A stretch of 64,000 nt of DNA, from NCBI GenBank assembly GCA_032718475.1, contig JAUCBJ010007374.1, positions 34,920 through 98,919 of the forward strand, given 5' to 3'. Source of the DNA: Nemertoderma westbladi. Its lineage: Eukaryota > Animalia > Xenacoelomorpha. Position 1 is the first letter of the stretch, and the number at the start of each line of letters is the position of its first letter. A program made the position numbers and the translations under genes. Positions 33,717 through 47,100 of this stretch are shown here, piece after piece. The notes beneath the pieces are model-generated. The model was not told the DNA's origin. It searched no databases and worked only from the letters and a program-made list of their open reading frames with translations.

Positions 33717-33924
33717 GGCGAACCGACTGCTCTCTAGGAACGTAACTTCTCTCTCCGGCTCCAAATCCTTTTTATTGCCGACCAGAACGATACAAATATT
33801 CGGCGTCGCCAAGGTCCGCGCGTCTGTTAGCCAATTAGAGAGCGCGTTGTAGGATTCACGTGACGTCATATCGTAACATAGCAACGCCCCAGCGGCACCG
33901 CGATAGTAACTACGGGTAACCGAC
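33707..33924 (-). CDS. RAB4: Rab4 coding exon 4 ([72 protein letters not shown])
   Basis: ttacag acceptor, G|gttggt donor, 218 nt, GNKKD motif. Confidence 0.95.
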
Positions 33925-34001
33925 CTGTAACAACGTTCACATTTAATCCATTAACTATCGATAGGCCTAACTATCTCACCGGTATTGACTACCATCGCCT
34001 A

Positions 34002-34193
<192 letters not shown>

Positions 34194-34784
34194 CTAGGAA
34201 ACGGACGGATACATACAGACAGACAGTCAATCAGAGTAAACAATAACATCATGTTGGTTGATGTTCGCGAACTTTTGTGTATTATTTACCCTATATTTTT
34301 ATACGGAATTATTTTAACCCGATTGACAAAAAAGTAAATTATAATTCTATCAGCCTGATGTCATTAACCTCCACTGTTCCCACTGTATGTAAATTGTAAG
34401 TTTAATCAATTTAAATGATAGTTTTAATTAAGGCAGAAGCTGACCAACTAATCCTCCTAATTAAAATTATAAACAGCTATAATTAGACAGAAAAAAGTTT
34501 GAAAGTTTTTTTTGCCTATAAACTAAAAAGGAAATAATGTTAGGCCTATGCGATAGTATACTGCAATATGTAGGCCTATATAATGAGACTCTACTGGAGT
34601 TCCGCTATGTACTTTATTATACTTTAACTTAATACTGTAATACTTAAAATTGAATTATATTTAAACTTAATACATTAGTATAGGAAGGAAGACTATTTAA
34701 TTTCGATCTTTGTAGTATAAATAAATATAAATTTAACAATTAATACCTCTATGTTGTTACACAGCTACCGCTATCTTTACTTAC

Positions 34785-34865
34785 ATTTGCGCTCAATGAA
34801 ATTATGAAGAATACACGATTTCCCAACTCCAGCACTTCCGATAACAAGAAATTTAAATAAGTAAT
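34785..34865 (-). CDS. RAB4: Rab4 coding exon 2 ([27 protein letters not shown]; P-loop)
   Basis: ttttag acceptor, gtaagt donor, 81 nt, GxxxxGKS motif. Confidence 0.95.
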
Positions 34866-35349
34866 CTAAAAGCAAAAAAGGGCACTAAATATAAATATCA
34901 TTCGGTCATACTTAGTAAGTTAAATACATTGATATTATTATTATAAAAATATTATCAAGTTTTTATAAATTTAATATGACAGGATTAGATAAGGTACCGG
35001 GTACGTATCCGTATCCTACTCCAATACATTAAGGGGGGGGGGGGGGGGGGGGGGGGGGCTGGGGGGTTATTCGAAAGACTCAACCTTTTCGCCACCATCG
35101 TCCTTATTTGTTTCCACAATTCGCTAATAGGAAGACAATGAGAAAACCAACGACAACGCCCATGTAACATCCAGTTTTGACAGAACAGACTTGACCAAAA
35201 ATTTATATTTATTATTCAGTGCGCGGAAGCGAGAATAAGTGAATGGGGGGAGCGGGAGAGTGTGAGAGAAAATAAAGTGAGATTACAAAATGGGTGGGCG
35301 AGAATGAGAATAGAGCGTGGGTGTAAGAGTCGGATAAGTGGTGCTTATA

Positions 35350-35990
35350 TGCCTAGTGGAGTGACGAGAGTAAGTAGTGTATAGAAAGCAGAATGAAAAG
35401 TCTCGTAAGGAATGGAGGTTGAGTTCGTTAGTACGAGGTAGCAGATTGTGAATGGTGTACATAGGAGAGAGGATAGAGCGGGTAAAATGGTACCATAAAA
35501 TATCAGAGTGAGGAAAACGTAAGTAGGCTCTACACAGCCTTTATGATATCGTTTGACGCGGGTATCATAAGGGGGAATCGATAGATCCAGAGGTACAGAC
35601 TGGGATCTAAAAAATAACCCACCCCAATTGTAATTCAAAAATTGAATTAAAGCCACGAGGGCGTTGTACACGTGTATCCATGTTACTACAGAGAAGGCCA
35701 GGTTTGGTGGCTGGACATTAATCAGCTGACACAAACGCTGGACCAATCAGAGCCTCAGGATTAGAAAGGCCGGTAGTATGGATATTAGTTGTAATCATAT
35801 AATATCCTGTAACCTCATTATTAAGCACCGGCAGTTGTGTGTGAGCATTTAGATAGGACGTTAAGCGAACTAATTTGTACCGGTCAGTCAGTAACCATTG
35901 CTGCATTGGGAGTCGGTTGGTGCGGTTATTATTCACCATCAGCTCTACATTCAGTTTTAACCATTTCATTTATCAACGAAATACTTTATT
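35350..35990 (-). mobile_element. Possible highly decayed LINE ORF2 fragment in Rab4 intron 1
   Basis: Weak motifs WLKLNVE, YDTR and ILWxxLP-like in the expected order, with many disruptions. Confidence 0.25.
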
Positions 35991-36369
35991 ATGCCAGACT
36001 GCTGTAGTCCAGTTCCTGTCAGCCTGTAGTCTGTGTCACTGTTGTTAACTGTGTTTCGCATGGAACCCAAATTTTTTTGGTCATCAGAAATTGTCAAAAA
36101 AAAACAAGCAGTTTGAATATTTTTTGTGATCAAAAACCTAAAAACCTAGCAGCCTAGTTTTGGGCTTTCTTCAAATTTTAGGTTTTTGACAAAAATCGAC
36201 AAAAACCTACCTAGGTTTACAAAAACCTACTTTGCTACTGCCAGCCCTGATGTACGGCTGTACGGTACCGGTACGCGGTACGATCAGACAGACTATCCAC
36301 TATCAGACTGTCAGACTGTTGTCAGTGTCAGTAAACAGGCAGACAGGGAACGAATAACTCAAAACTAAC

Positions 36370-36385
36370 CGTAGTGTTCCGACAT
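36370..36385 (-). CDS. RAB4: Rab4 coding exon 1 (MSEHY + G)
   Basis: ATG TCG GAA CAC TAC G|gttagt. The phase-1 donor joins AT of exon 2 to give Asp, matching the Rab4 start MSETYD. Confidence 0.8.
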
Positions 36386-36841
36386 AGCTTGAATAGGACA
36401 GCTTCTGACTGTCTGATAGGCTAGTCTGATTATCGGACTTCAGCACTCTGACAGTCTGAAGTACAGGCTGACAGGTCCTTCACCTGTTCACGATGCAGAT
36501 GCAACAGTAGCAGGCAGGCAGGTTTGAGCGTTGTAGGTGGGATGCAGCTTACTAATGCAGTAATGTACAAATGGAATAGGCCTCTACTGCTCTAGGCTCA
36601 GAGGCCAGAGGCTGCTAGGCTACTGCGCCTGTGTCCAGTTGTCTCCACCTCCTCTCCTGATCTAAACTAACCGATATAGGCAAATAGGCCCACAGATATA
36701 TATAGGCCTAGCTGCCTAGTGAAATGCAGATTTCAGCATAAACTATCAGACTATGACAGTATGATAAACACTGAAAGCTTGATTTGGTGGGACTGCTGGA
36801 CTGCTACCGGAACCAGTTACTAAATTATAAAACAATTATTT

Positions 36842-37964
36842 GGGTAAATCTTTTCGACCTACGCGTAGGCCTACGCGTAGCTACGCGTAGTTCGCAACAT
36901 TGGGTCATATATCACCAGTTTCATAGTTTTAACATTAACTACGAGTAGGTGCTACGCGTAGGTCCTACGCGACCAACGCATAGGTGCTACCCATAACTAT
37001 GCCTATACGTCGTTTATCATTAGTAGGCCTACGTATTCCAAGCGGTTCAGTACTAAAATAAGACACAATACGGTATGTTCAATAAACAACCCACAACCAT
37101 CAAATGCTTTCAACAGTAATGCATCCTATACCGGTATACTCTATATAGAGGAATACGCGAAGCCTACATATTCTTCACTTCATGTGTTGCGGGCGGTAAA
37201 ATGTGTTAATAATTAATGTTTAGAGTTCATAAATAGTTTACAAAGGAAATAGGCCGATGTGGTTCTTATCGATTCTCTATGCTTTTTATTGCCTTTGTTG
37301 ACGATAGGGCAAGGATATACTGTATTTAATATGTTAACCCCTTGACAAGAGAAGGGGGAGACTAAATTGTCTACCATGATTGGTTGCACTTGTTATTTGA
37401 CCAAACAATTTGATTATATGCAGTATTTATCAGCTTTCGCTTAACCTCTTCACCGGTAGACTGGTCGCTTTATTTACTACTGTTCAATATTTAAATAATC
37501 CAATGGAAAAAAAGATACTTGAATCATGAGACGTGAATTTTAAGTTTACTTTTTATTCGTCATCCTCTGTGTTTGTATGTGAAAGAGCCGAATATTATTT
37601 ATTACCAGTGCTGTATGTAGAGATATGAGTTTCCGATTCTGTTATTACAGTACATTTGTCTGATAATCAGATACCTGACATATACCGATACTTGCCTAAC
37701 ATCTCAACCCTACCGGACATGAAATGAAAAATCATTGTTATCAGGACTTCTACGCGTACCTAAGCGTAGCACCTACGCGTAGTTTCAAAATACCTACGCG
37801 TAGTTCCAAAATAACTACGCGTAAGTTTTAAAACACCTACGCGTAGTTGTTAAAAAGGCAGTAAGTCTGGCCCTACCGGTAAATGACAGGAATGGAAGTT
37901 AGAAACCACGCGTAGCTACGCGTAGCTACGCGTAGGCCTACGCGTAGGTCGAAAAGATTTACCC
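36842..37964. mobile_element. Mutator-type (MULE) non-autonomous element
   Basis: About 49-bp perfect TIR GGGTAAATCTTTTCGACCTACGCGTAGGCCTACGCGTAGCTACGCGTAG. Perfect 9-bp TSD CAATTATTT (36833-36841, 37965-37973). Subterminal CTACGCGTAG palindromes. Confidence 0.9.
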
Positions 37965-38137
37965 CAATTATTTCTGTATTATTACTGATTTAGTACCGGT
38001 CCGCGGTTCTGTACTGCTGTAGGCCTACTGAAATATAAGCCGATATTCCGATTGCCATCAGAGTTCGCCTGTTCCGGTATCAGGGTATTGCAGCATATTG
38101 GTATTCATTGACTCCCAAACGGTGTATGTATGATAAG

Positions 38138-41100
38138 GTTCATATCTGTATTAGCTTGGTAGAATGATCCGTTCCTAACTGTATTAGCTTGGTAGAATGA
38201 TCCGTTACTATCTGTATCAGCTTGGTAGAATGATCCGTTCATATCTGTATTAGCTTGGTAGAATCATCCGTTCCTATCTGTATCAGCTTGGTAGAATGAT
38301 CCGTTCATATCTGTATTAGCTTGGTAGAATGATCCGTTCCTATCTGTATTAGCTTGGTAGAATGATTCGTTCCTATCTGTATCAGCTTGGTAGAATGATC
38401 CGTTCCTAACTGTATTAGCTTGGTAGAATGATCCGTTACTATCTGTATCAGTTTGGTAGAATGATCCGTTCATATCTGTATTAGCTTGGTAGAATCATCC
38501 GTTCCTATCTGTATCAGCTTGGTAGAATGATCCGTTCATATCTGTATTAGCTTGGTAGAATGATCCGTTCATATCTGTATTAGCTTGGTAGAATGATCCG
38601 TCCCTATCTGTATTAGCTTGGTAGAATGATCTGTTCCTTTCTGTATTAGCTTTGTAGAATGATCCTTTCATATCTGTATTAGCTAGGTAGAATGATCCGT
38701 TCCTATATGTATTAGCTTTGTAGAATGATCCGTTCATATCTGTATTAGCTTGGTAGAATGATCCGTTCCTATCTGTATTAGCTTGGTAGAATGATTCGTT
38801 CCTATCTGTATCAGCTTGGTAGAATGATCCGTTCATATCTGTATTAGCTTGGTTGAATGATCCGTTCCTATCTGTATTAGCTTGGTAGAATGATCCGTTA
38901 CTATCTGTATCAGCTTGGTAGAATGATCCGTTCATATCTGTATTAGCTTGGTAGAATGATCCGTTACTATCTGTATCAGCTTGGTAGAATGATCCGTTCA
39001 TATCTGTATTAGCTTGGTAGAATGATCCGTTCCTATCTATATCAGCTTGGTAGAATGATCCGTTCCTATCTGTATTAGCTTGGTAGAATGATCCCTTACT
39101 ATCTGTATTAGCTTGGTAGAAAGATCCGTTTCTATCTGTATTAGCTTGGTAGAATGATCCGTTACTATCTGTATTAGCTTGGTAGAATGATCCGTTACTA
39201 TCTGTATCAGCTTGGTAGAATGATCCGTTCATATCTGTATTAGCTTAGTAGAATGATCCGTTACTATCTGTATCAGCTTGGTAGAATGATCCGTTACTAT
39301 CTGTATTAGCTTGGTAGAAAGATTCGTTTCTATCTGTATTAGCTTGGTAGAATGATCCGTTACTATCTGTATTAGCTTGGTAGAATGATCCGTTACTATC
39401 TGTATCAGCTTGGTAGAATGATCCGTTCATATCTGTATCAGCTTGGTAGAATGATCTGTTCCTATCTATATCAGCTTGGTAGAATGATCCGTTCCTATCT
39501 GTATTAGCTTGGTAGAATGATCCCTTACTATCTGTATTAGCTTGGTAGAAAGATCCGTTTCTATCTGTATTAGCTTGGTAGAATGATCCGTTCCTATCTG
39601 TATTAGCTTGGTAGAATGATCCGTTGCTTTCTGTATTAGCTTGGTAGAATGATCCGTTACTATCTGTATTAGCTTGGTAGAATGATCCGTTACTATCTGT
39701 ATTAGCTTGGTAGAATGATCCGTTACTATCTGTATTAGCTTGGTAGAATGATCCGTTACTATCTGTATCAGCTTGGTAGAATGATCCGTTCATATCTGTA
39801 TTAGCTTGGTAGAATGATCCGTTACTATCTGTATCAGCTTGGTAGAATGATCCGTTACTATCTGTATTAGCTTGGTAGAATGATCCGTTACTATCTGTAT
39901 TAGCTTGGTAGAATGATCCGTTCCTATCTGTATTAGCTTTGTATAATGATCCGTTCATATCTGTATTAGCTTGGTAGAATGATCCGTTACTATCTGTATT
40001 AGCTTGGTAGAATGATCCGTTCATATCTGTATTAGCTTGGTAGAATGATCCGTTACTATCTGTATCAGCTTGGTAGAATGATCCGTTCATATCTGTATTA
40101 GCTTGGTAGAATGATCCGTTACTATCTGTATTAGCTTGGTAGAATGATCCGTTACTATCTGTATTAGCTTGGTAGAATGATCCGTTACTATCTGTATCAG
40201 CTTGGTAGAATGATCCCTTACTATCTGTATTAGCTTGGTAGAAAGATCCGTTTCTATCTGTATTAGCTTGGTAGAATGATCCGTTACTATCTGTATTAGC
40301 TTGGTAGAATGATCCGTTACTATCTGTATCAGCTTAGTAGAATGATCCCTTACTATCTGTATTAGCTTGGTAGAAAGATCCGTTTCTATCTGTATTAGCT
40401 TGGTAGAATGATCCGTTACTATCTGTATTAGCTTGGTAGAATGATCCGTTACTATCTGTATCAGCTTGGTAGAATGATCCCTTACTATCTGTATTAGCTT
40501 GGTAGAATGATCCGTTACTATCTGTATTAGCTTGGTAGAATGATCCGTTACTATCTGTATCAGCTTGGTAGAATGATCCCTTACTATCTGTATTAGCTTG
40601 GTAGAAAGATCCGTTTCTATCTGTATTAGCTTGGTAGAATGATCCGTTACTATCTGTATTAGCTTGGTAGAATGATCCGTTACTATCTGTATCAGCTTGG
40701 TAGAATGATCCCTTACTATCTGTATTAGCTTGGTAGAAAGATCCGTTTCTATCTGTATTAGCTTGGTAGAATGATCCGTTACTATCTGTATTAGCTTGGT
40801 AGAATGATCCGTTACTATCTGTATCAGCTTGGTAGAATGATCCGTTACTATCTGTATTAGCTTGGTAGAACGATCCGTTACTACCTGTATTAGCTTGGTA
40901 GAATGATCCGTTACTATCTGTATCAGCTTGGTAGAATGATCCCTTACTATCTGTATTAGTTTGGTAGAATGATCCGTTCATATCTGTATTAGTTTGGTAG
41001 AATGATCCGTTCCTATCTGTATTAGCTTGGTAGAATGATCCGTTACTATCTGTATCAGCTTGGTAGAATGATCCGTTACTATCTGTATTAGCTTGGTAGA

Positions 41101-44100
41101 ATGATCCCTTACTATCTGTATTAGCTTGGTAGAAAGATCCGTTTCTATCTGTATTAGCTTGGTAGAATGATCCGTTACTATCTGTATTAGCGTGGTAGAA
41201 TGATCCGTTACTATCTGTATCAGCTTGGTAGAATGATCCGTTCATATCTGTATTAGTTTGGTAGAATGATCCGTTCCTATCTGTATTAGCTTGGTAGAAT
41301 GATCCGTTACTATCTGTATCAGCTTGGTAGAATGATCCGTTCCTATCTGTATTAGCTTGGTAGAAAGATCCGTTTCTATCTGTATTAGCCTGGTAGAATG
41401 ATCCGTTACTATCTGTATTAGCTTGGTAGAATGATCCGTTACTATCTATATCAGCTTGGTAGAATGATCCGTTCCTATCTGTATTAGCTAGGTAGAATGA
41501 TCCGTTGCTTTCTGTATTAGCTTGGTAGAATGATCCGTTACTATCTGTATTAGCTTGGTAGAATGATCCGTTCCTATCTGTATTAGCTTGGTAGAATGAT
41601 CCGTTGCTTTCTGTATTAGCTTGGTAGAATGATCCGTTACTATCTGTATTAGCTTGGTAGAATGATCCGTTACTATCTGTATTAGCTTGGTAGAATGATC
41701 CGTTACTATCTGTATTAGCTTGGTAGAATGATCCGTTACTATCTGTATCAGCTTGGTAGAATGATCCGTTCATATCTGTATTAGCTTGGTAGAATGATCC
41801 GTTACTATCTGTATCAGCTTGGTAGAATGATCCGTTACTATCTGTATTAGCTTGGTAGAATGATCCGTTACTATCTGTATTAGCTTGGTAGAATGATCCG
41901 TTCCTATCTGTATTAGCTTTGTATAATGATCCGTTCATATCTGTATTAGCTTGGTAGAATGATCCGTTACTATCTGTATTAGCTTGGTAGAATGATCCGT
42001 TCATATCTGTATTAGCTTGGTAGAATGATCCGTTACTATCTGTATCAGCTTGGTAGAATGATCCGTTCATATCTGTATTAGCTTGGTAGAATGATCCGTT
42101 ACTATCTGTATTAGCTTGGTAGAATGATCCGTTACTATCTGTATTAGCTTGGTAGAATGATCCGTTACTATCTGTATCAGCTTGGTAGAATGATCCCTTA
42201 CTATCTGTATTAGCTTGGTAGAAAGATCCGTTTCTATCTGTATTAGCTTGGTAGAATGATCCGTTACTATCTGTATTAGCTTAGTAGAATGATCCGTTAC
42301 TATCTGTATCAGCTTAGTAGAATGATCCCTTACTATCTGTATTAGCTTGGTAGAAAGATCCGTTTCTATCTGTATTAGCTTGGTAGAATGATCCGTTACT
42401 ATCTGTATTAGCTTGGTAGAATGATCCGTTACTATCTGTATCAGCTTGGTAGAATGATCCCTTACTATCTGTATTAGCTTGGTAGAATGATCCGTTACTA
42501 TCTGTATTAGCTTGGTAGAATGATCCGTTACTATCTGTATCAGCTTGGTAGAATGATCCCTTACTATCTGTATTAGCTTGGTAGAAAGATCCGTTTCTAT
42601 CTGTATTAGCTTGGTAGAATGATCCGTTACTATCTGTATTAGCTTGGTAGAATGATCCGTTACTATCTGTATCAGCTTGGTAGAATGATCCCTTACTATC
42701 TGTATTAGCTTGGTAGAAAGATCCGTTTCTATCTGTATTAGCTTGGTAGAATGATCCGTTACTATCTGTATTAGCTTGGTAGAATGATCCGTTACTATCT
42801 GTATCAGCTTGGTAGAATGATCCGTTACTATCTGTATTAGCTTGGTAGAACGATCCGTTACTACCTGTATTAGCTTGGTAGAATGATCCGTTACTATCTG
42901 TATCAGCTTGGTAGAATGATCCCTTACTATCTGTATTAGTTTGGTAGAATGATCCGTTCATATCTGTATTAGCTTGGTAGAATGATCCGTTACTATCTGT
43001 ATTAGCTTGGTTGAATGATCCGTTACTATCTGTATTAGCTTGGTAGAATGATCCGTTACTATCTGTATTAGCTTGGTAGAATGATCCATTACTATCTGTA
43101 TTAGCTTGGTAGAATGATCCGTTCCTATCTGTATTAGCTTGGTAGAATGATCCGCTCCTTTCTGTATTAGCTTGGTAGAATGATCCGTTCCTATCTGTAT
43201 TAGCTAGGTAGAATGATCCGTTCCTATCTGTATTAGCTTGGTAGAATGATCCGTTACTATCTGTATTAGCTTGGTTGAATGATCCGTTACTATCTGTATT
43301 AGCTTGGTAGAATGATCCGTTACTATCTGTATTAGCTTGGTAGAATGATCCATTACTATCTGTATTAGCTTGGTAGAATGATCCGTTCCTATCTGTATTA
43401 GCTTGGTAGAATGATCCGCTCCTTTCTGTATTAGCTTGGTAGAATGATCCGTTCCTATCTGTATTAGCTAGGTAGAATGATCCGTTCCTATCTGTATTAG
43501 CTTGGTAGAATGATCCGTTACTATCTGTATTAGCTTGGTTGAATTATTCGTTACTATCTGTATTAGCTTGGTAGAATGATCCGTTCCTTTCTGTATTAGC
43601 TTGGTAGAATGATCCGTTCCTATCTGTATTAGCTTGGTAGAATGATCCGTTACTATCTGTATTAGCTCGGTAGAATGATCCGTTACTATCTGTATTAGCT
43701 TGGTAGAATGATCCGTTCCTATCTGTATTAGCTTGGTTGAATGATCCATTACTATCTGTATTAGCTTGGTTGAATTATCCGTTACTATCTGTATTAGCTT
43801 GGTAGAATGATCGGTTACTATCTGTATTAGCTTGGTAGAATGATCCGTTACTATCTGTATTAGCTAGGTAGAATGATCCGTTACTATCTGTATTAGCTTG
43901 GTAGAATGATCCGTTCCTATCTGTATTAGCTTGGTTGAATGATCCGTTACTATCTGTATTAGCTTGGTAGAATGATCCGTTACTATCTGTATTAGCTTGG
44001 TAGAATGATCCGTTACTATCTGTATTACCTTGGTAGAATGATCCGTTCCTATCTGTATTAGCTTGGTAGAGTGATCCGTTACTATCTGTATTAGCTTGGT

Positions 44101-47100
44101 AGAATGATCCGTTACTATCTGTATTAGCTTTGTATAATGATCCGTTCCTATTAGTTTGGTAGAATGATCCGTTCCTATCTGTATTAGCTTGGTAGAATGA
44201 TCTGTTCATATTTGTATTAGCTTGGTAGAATGATCCGTTCCTATCTGTATCAGCTTGGTAGAATGATCCGTTCCTATCTGTATTAGCTTGGTAGAATGAT
44301 CCGTTCCTATCTATATTAGCTAGGTAGAATGATCCGTTACTATCTGTATTAGCTTGGTAGAATGATCCGTTCCTATCTGTATTAGCTTTGTATAATGATT
44401 CGTTCCTATCTGTATTAGCTTTGTAGAATGATCCGTTCCTATCTGTATTAGCTTGGTAGAATGATCCGTTCCTATCTGTATTAGCTTGGTAGAATGATCC
44501 GTTCCTATCTGTATTAGCTTTGTATAATGATTCGTTCCTATCTGTATTAGCTTTGTAGAATGATCCGTTCCTATCTGTATTTACTTGGTAGAATGATCCG
44601 TTACTATCTGTATTAGCTCGGTCGAATGATCCGTTCCTATCTGTATTAGCTTTGTAGAATGATTCGTTCATATCTGTATTAGCTTGGTAGAGTGATCCGT
44701 TGCTTTCTGTATTAGCTTTGTAGAATGATCCGTTCCTATCTGTATTAACTTGGTAGAATGATCCGTTACTATCTGTCTTAGCTTGGTAGAATGATCCGTT
44801 CCTATCTGTATTAGCTTGGTAGAATGATCCGTTCCTTTCTTTATTAGCTTGGTTGAATGATCCGTTCATATCTGTATTAGCTTGGTAGAATGATCCGTTA
44901 CTATCTGTATTAGCTTGGTAGAGTGATCCGTTGCTTTCTGTATTAGATTGGTTGAATGATCCGTTCCTATCTGTATTAGCTTGGTAGAATGATCCGTTAC
45001 TATCTGTATTAGCTTGGTAGAGTGATCCGTTGCTTTCTCTATTAGCTTGGTTGAATGATCCGTTCCTATCTGTATTAGCTTGGTAGAATGATCCGTTCAT
45101 ATCTGTATTAGCTTGGTAGAGTGATCCGTTGCTTTCTGTATTAGCTTGGTAGAATGATCCGTTCCTATCTGTATTAGCTTTGTAGAATGATCCGTTCATA
45201 TCTGTATTAGCTTGGTAGAATGATCCGTTACTATCTGTATTAGCTTTGTAGAATGATCCGTTCATATCTGTATTAGCTTTGTAGAATGATCCGTTCCTAT
45301 CTGTATTAGCTTTGTAGAATGATCCGTTCATATCTGATTAGCTTTGTAGAATGATTCGTTCCTATCTGTATTAGCTTTGTAGAATGATCCGTTCCTATCT
45401 GTATTAACTTGGTTGAATGATCCGTTCCTATCTGTATAAGCTTGGTAGAGTGATCCGTTGCTTTCTGTATTAGCTTGTTAGAATGATCCGTTCCTATCTG
45501 TATTAGCTTGGTTGAATGATCCGTTATTATCTGTATTCACTTGGTAGAATGATCCGTTCCTATCCGTATTAGCTTGGTAGAATGATCCGTTCCTATCTGT
45601 ATTAGCTTGGTAGAATGATCCGTTACTATCTGTATTAGCTTGGTAGAATGATTCGTTACTATCTGTATTAGCTTGGTAGAATGATCCGTTACTATCTGTA
45701 TTAGCTTGGTAGAATGATCCGTTACTATCTGTATTAGCTAGGTAGAATGATCCGTTACTATCTGTATTAGCTTGGTAGAATGATCCGTTACTATCTGTAT
45801 TAGCTTGGTAGAATGATCCGTTCCTTTCTGTATTAGCTTGGTAGAATAATCCGTTACTATCTGTATTAGCTTGGTAGAATGATCCGTTACTATCTGTATT
45901 AGCTTGGTAGAATGGTCCGTTCCTATCTGTATTAGCTTGGTTGAATGATCCGTTACTATCTGTATTAGCTTGGTAGAATGATCCGTTACTATCTCTATTA
46001 GCTTGGTAGAATGATCCGTTACTATCTGTATTAGCTTGGTAGAATGATCCGTTACTATCTGTATTAGCTAGGTAGAATGATCCGTTCATATCTGTATTAG
46101 CTTGGTAGAATGATCCGTTACTATCTGTATTAGCTTGGTAGAATGATCCGTTACTATCTGTATTAGCTTGGTAGAATAATCCGTTACTATCTGTATTAGC
46201 TTGGTTGAATGATCCGTTACTATCTGTATTAGCTTGGTTGAATGATCCGTTACTATCTGTATTAGCTTGGTAGAATGATCCGTTACTATCTGTATTAGCT
46301 TGGTAGAATGATCCGTTACTATCTGTATTAGCTTGGTAGAATAATCCGTTACTATCTGTATTAGCTTGGTTGAATGATCCGTTACTATCTGTATTAGCTT
46401 GGTTGAATGATCCGTTACTATCTGAATTAGCTTGGTAGAATGATCCGTTACTATCTGTATTAGCTAGGTAGAATGATCCGTTCCTATCTGTATTAGCTTG
46501 GTAGAATGATCCGTTACTATCTGTATTAGCTTGGTTGAATGATCCGTTACTATCTGTATTAGCTTGGTTGAATGATCCGTTACTATCTGTATTAGCTTGG
46601 TAGAATGATCCGTTACTATCTGTATTAGCTTGGTAGAATGATCCAGTACTATCTGTATTAGCTTGGTAGAATGATCCGTTCCTATCTGTATTAGCTTGGT
46701 AGAATGATCCGCTCCTTTCTGTATTAGCTTGGTAAAATGATCCGTTCCTATCTGTATTAGCTAGGTAGAATGATCCGTTCCTATCTGTATTAGCTTGGTA
46801 GAATGATCCGTTACTATCTGTATTAGCTTGGTTGAATTATTCGTTACTATCTGTATTAGCTTGGTAGAATGATCCGTTCCTTTCTGTATTAGCTTGGTAG
46901 AATGATCCGTTCCTATCTGTAATAGCTTGGTAGAATGATCCGTTCCTATCTGTATTAGCTTGGTTTGAATGATCCCTTACTATCTGTATTAGCTTGGTAG
47001 AAAGATCCGTTTCTATCTGTATTAGCTTGGTAGAATGATCCGTTACTATCTGTATTAGCTTGGTAGAATGATCCGTTACTATCTGTATCAGCTTGGTAGA

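Noticed and set aside
34895-34910. Alternative Rab4 start ATG ACC GAA just upstream of exon 2
   Set aside because: It is followed at once by TGA. The MSEHY exon at 36370-36385 has the correct phase and a donor.
36060-36249. hAT-like right end (gccagccctg) with aaaaacct subterminal motifs
   Set aside because: No matching left TIR or TSD found, so no boundaries could be supported.
38040-38137. Possible exon of a divergently transcribed gene just before the 33-mer array
   Set aside because: No recognisable protein in any frame and only weak splice signals.
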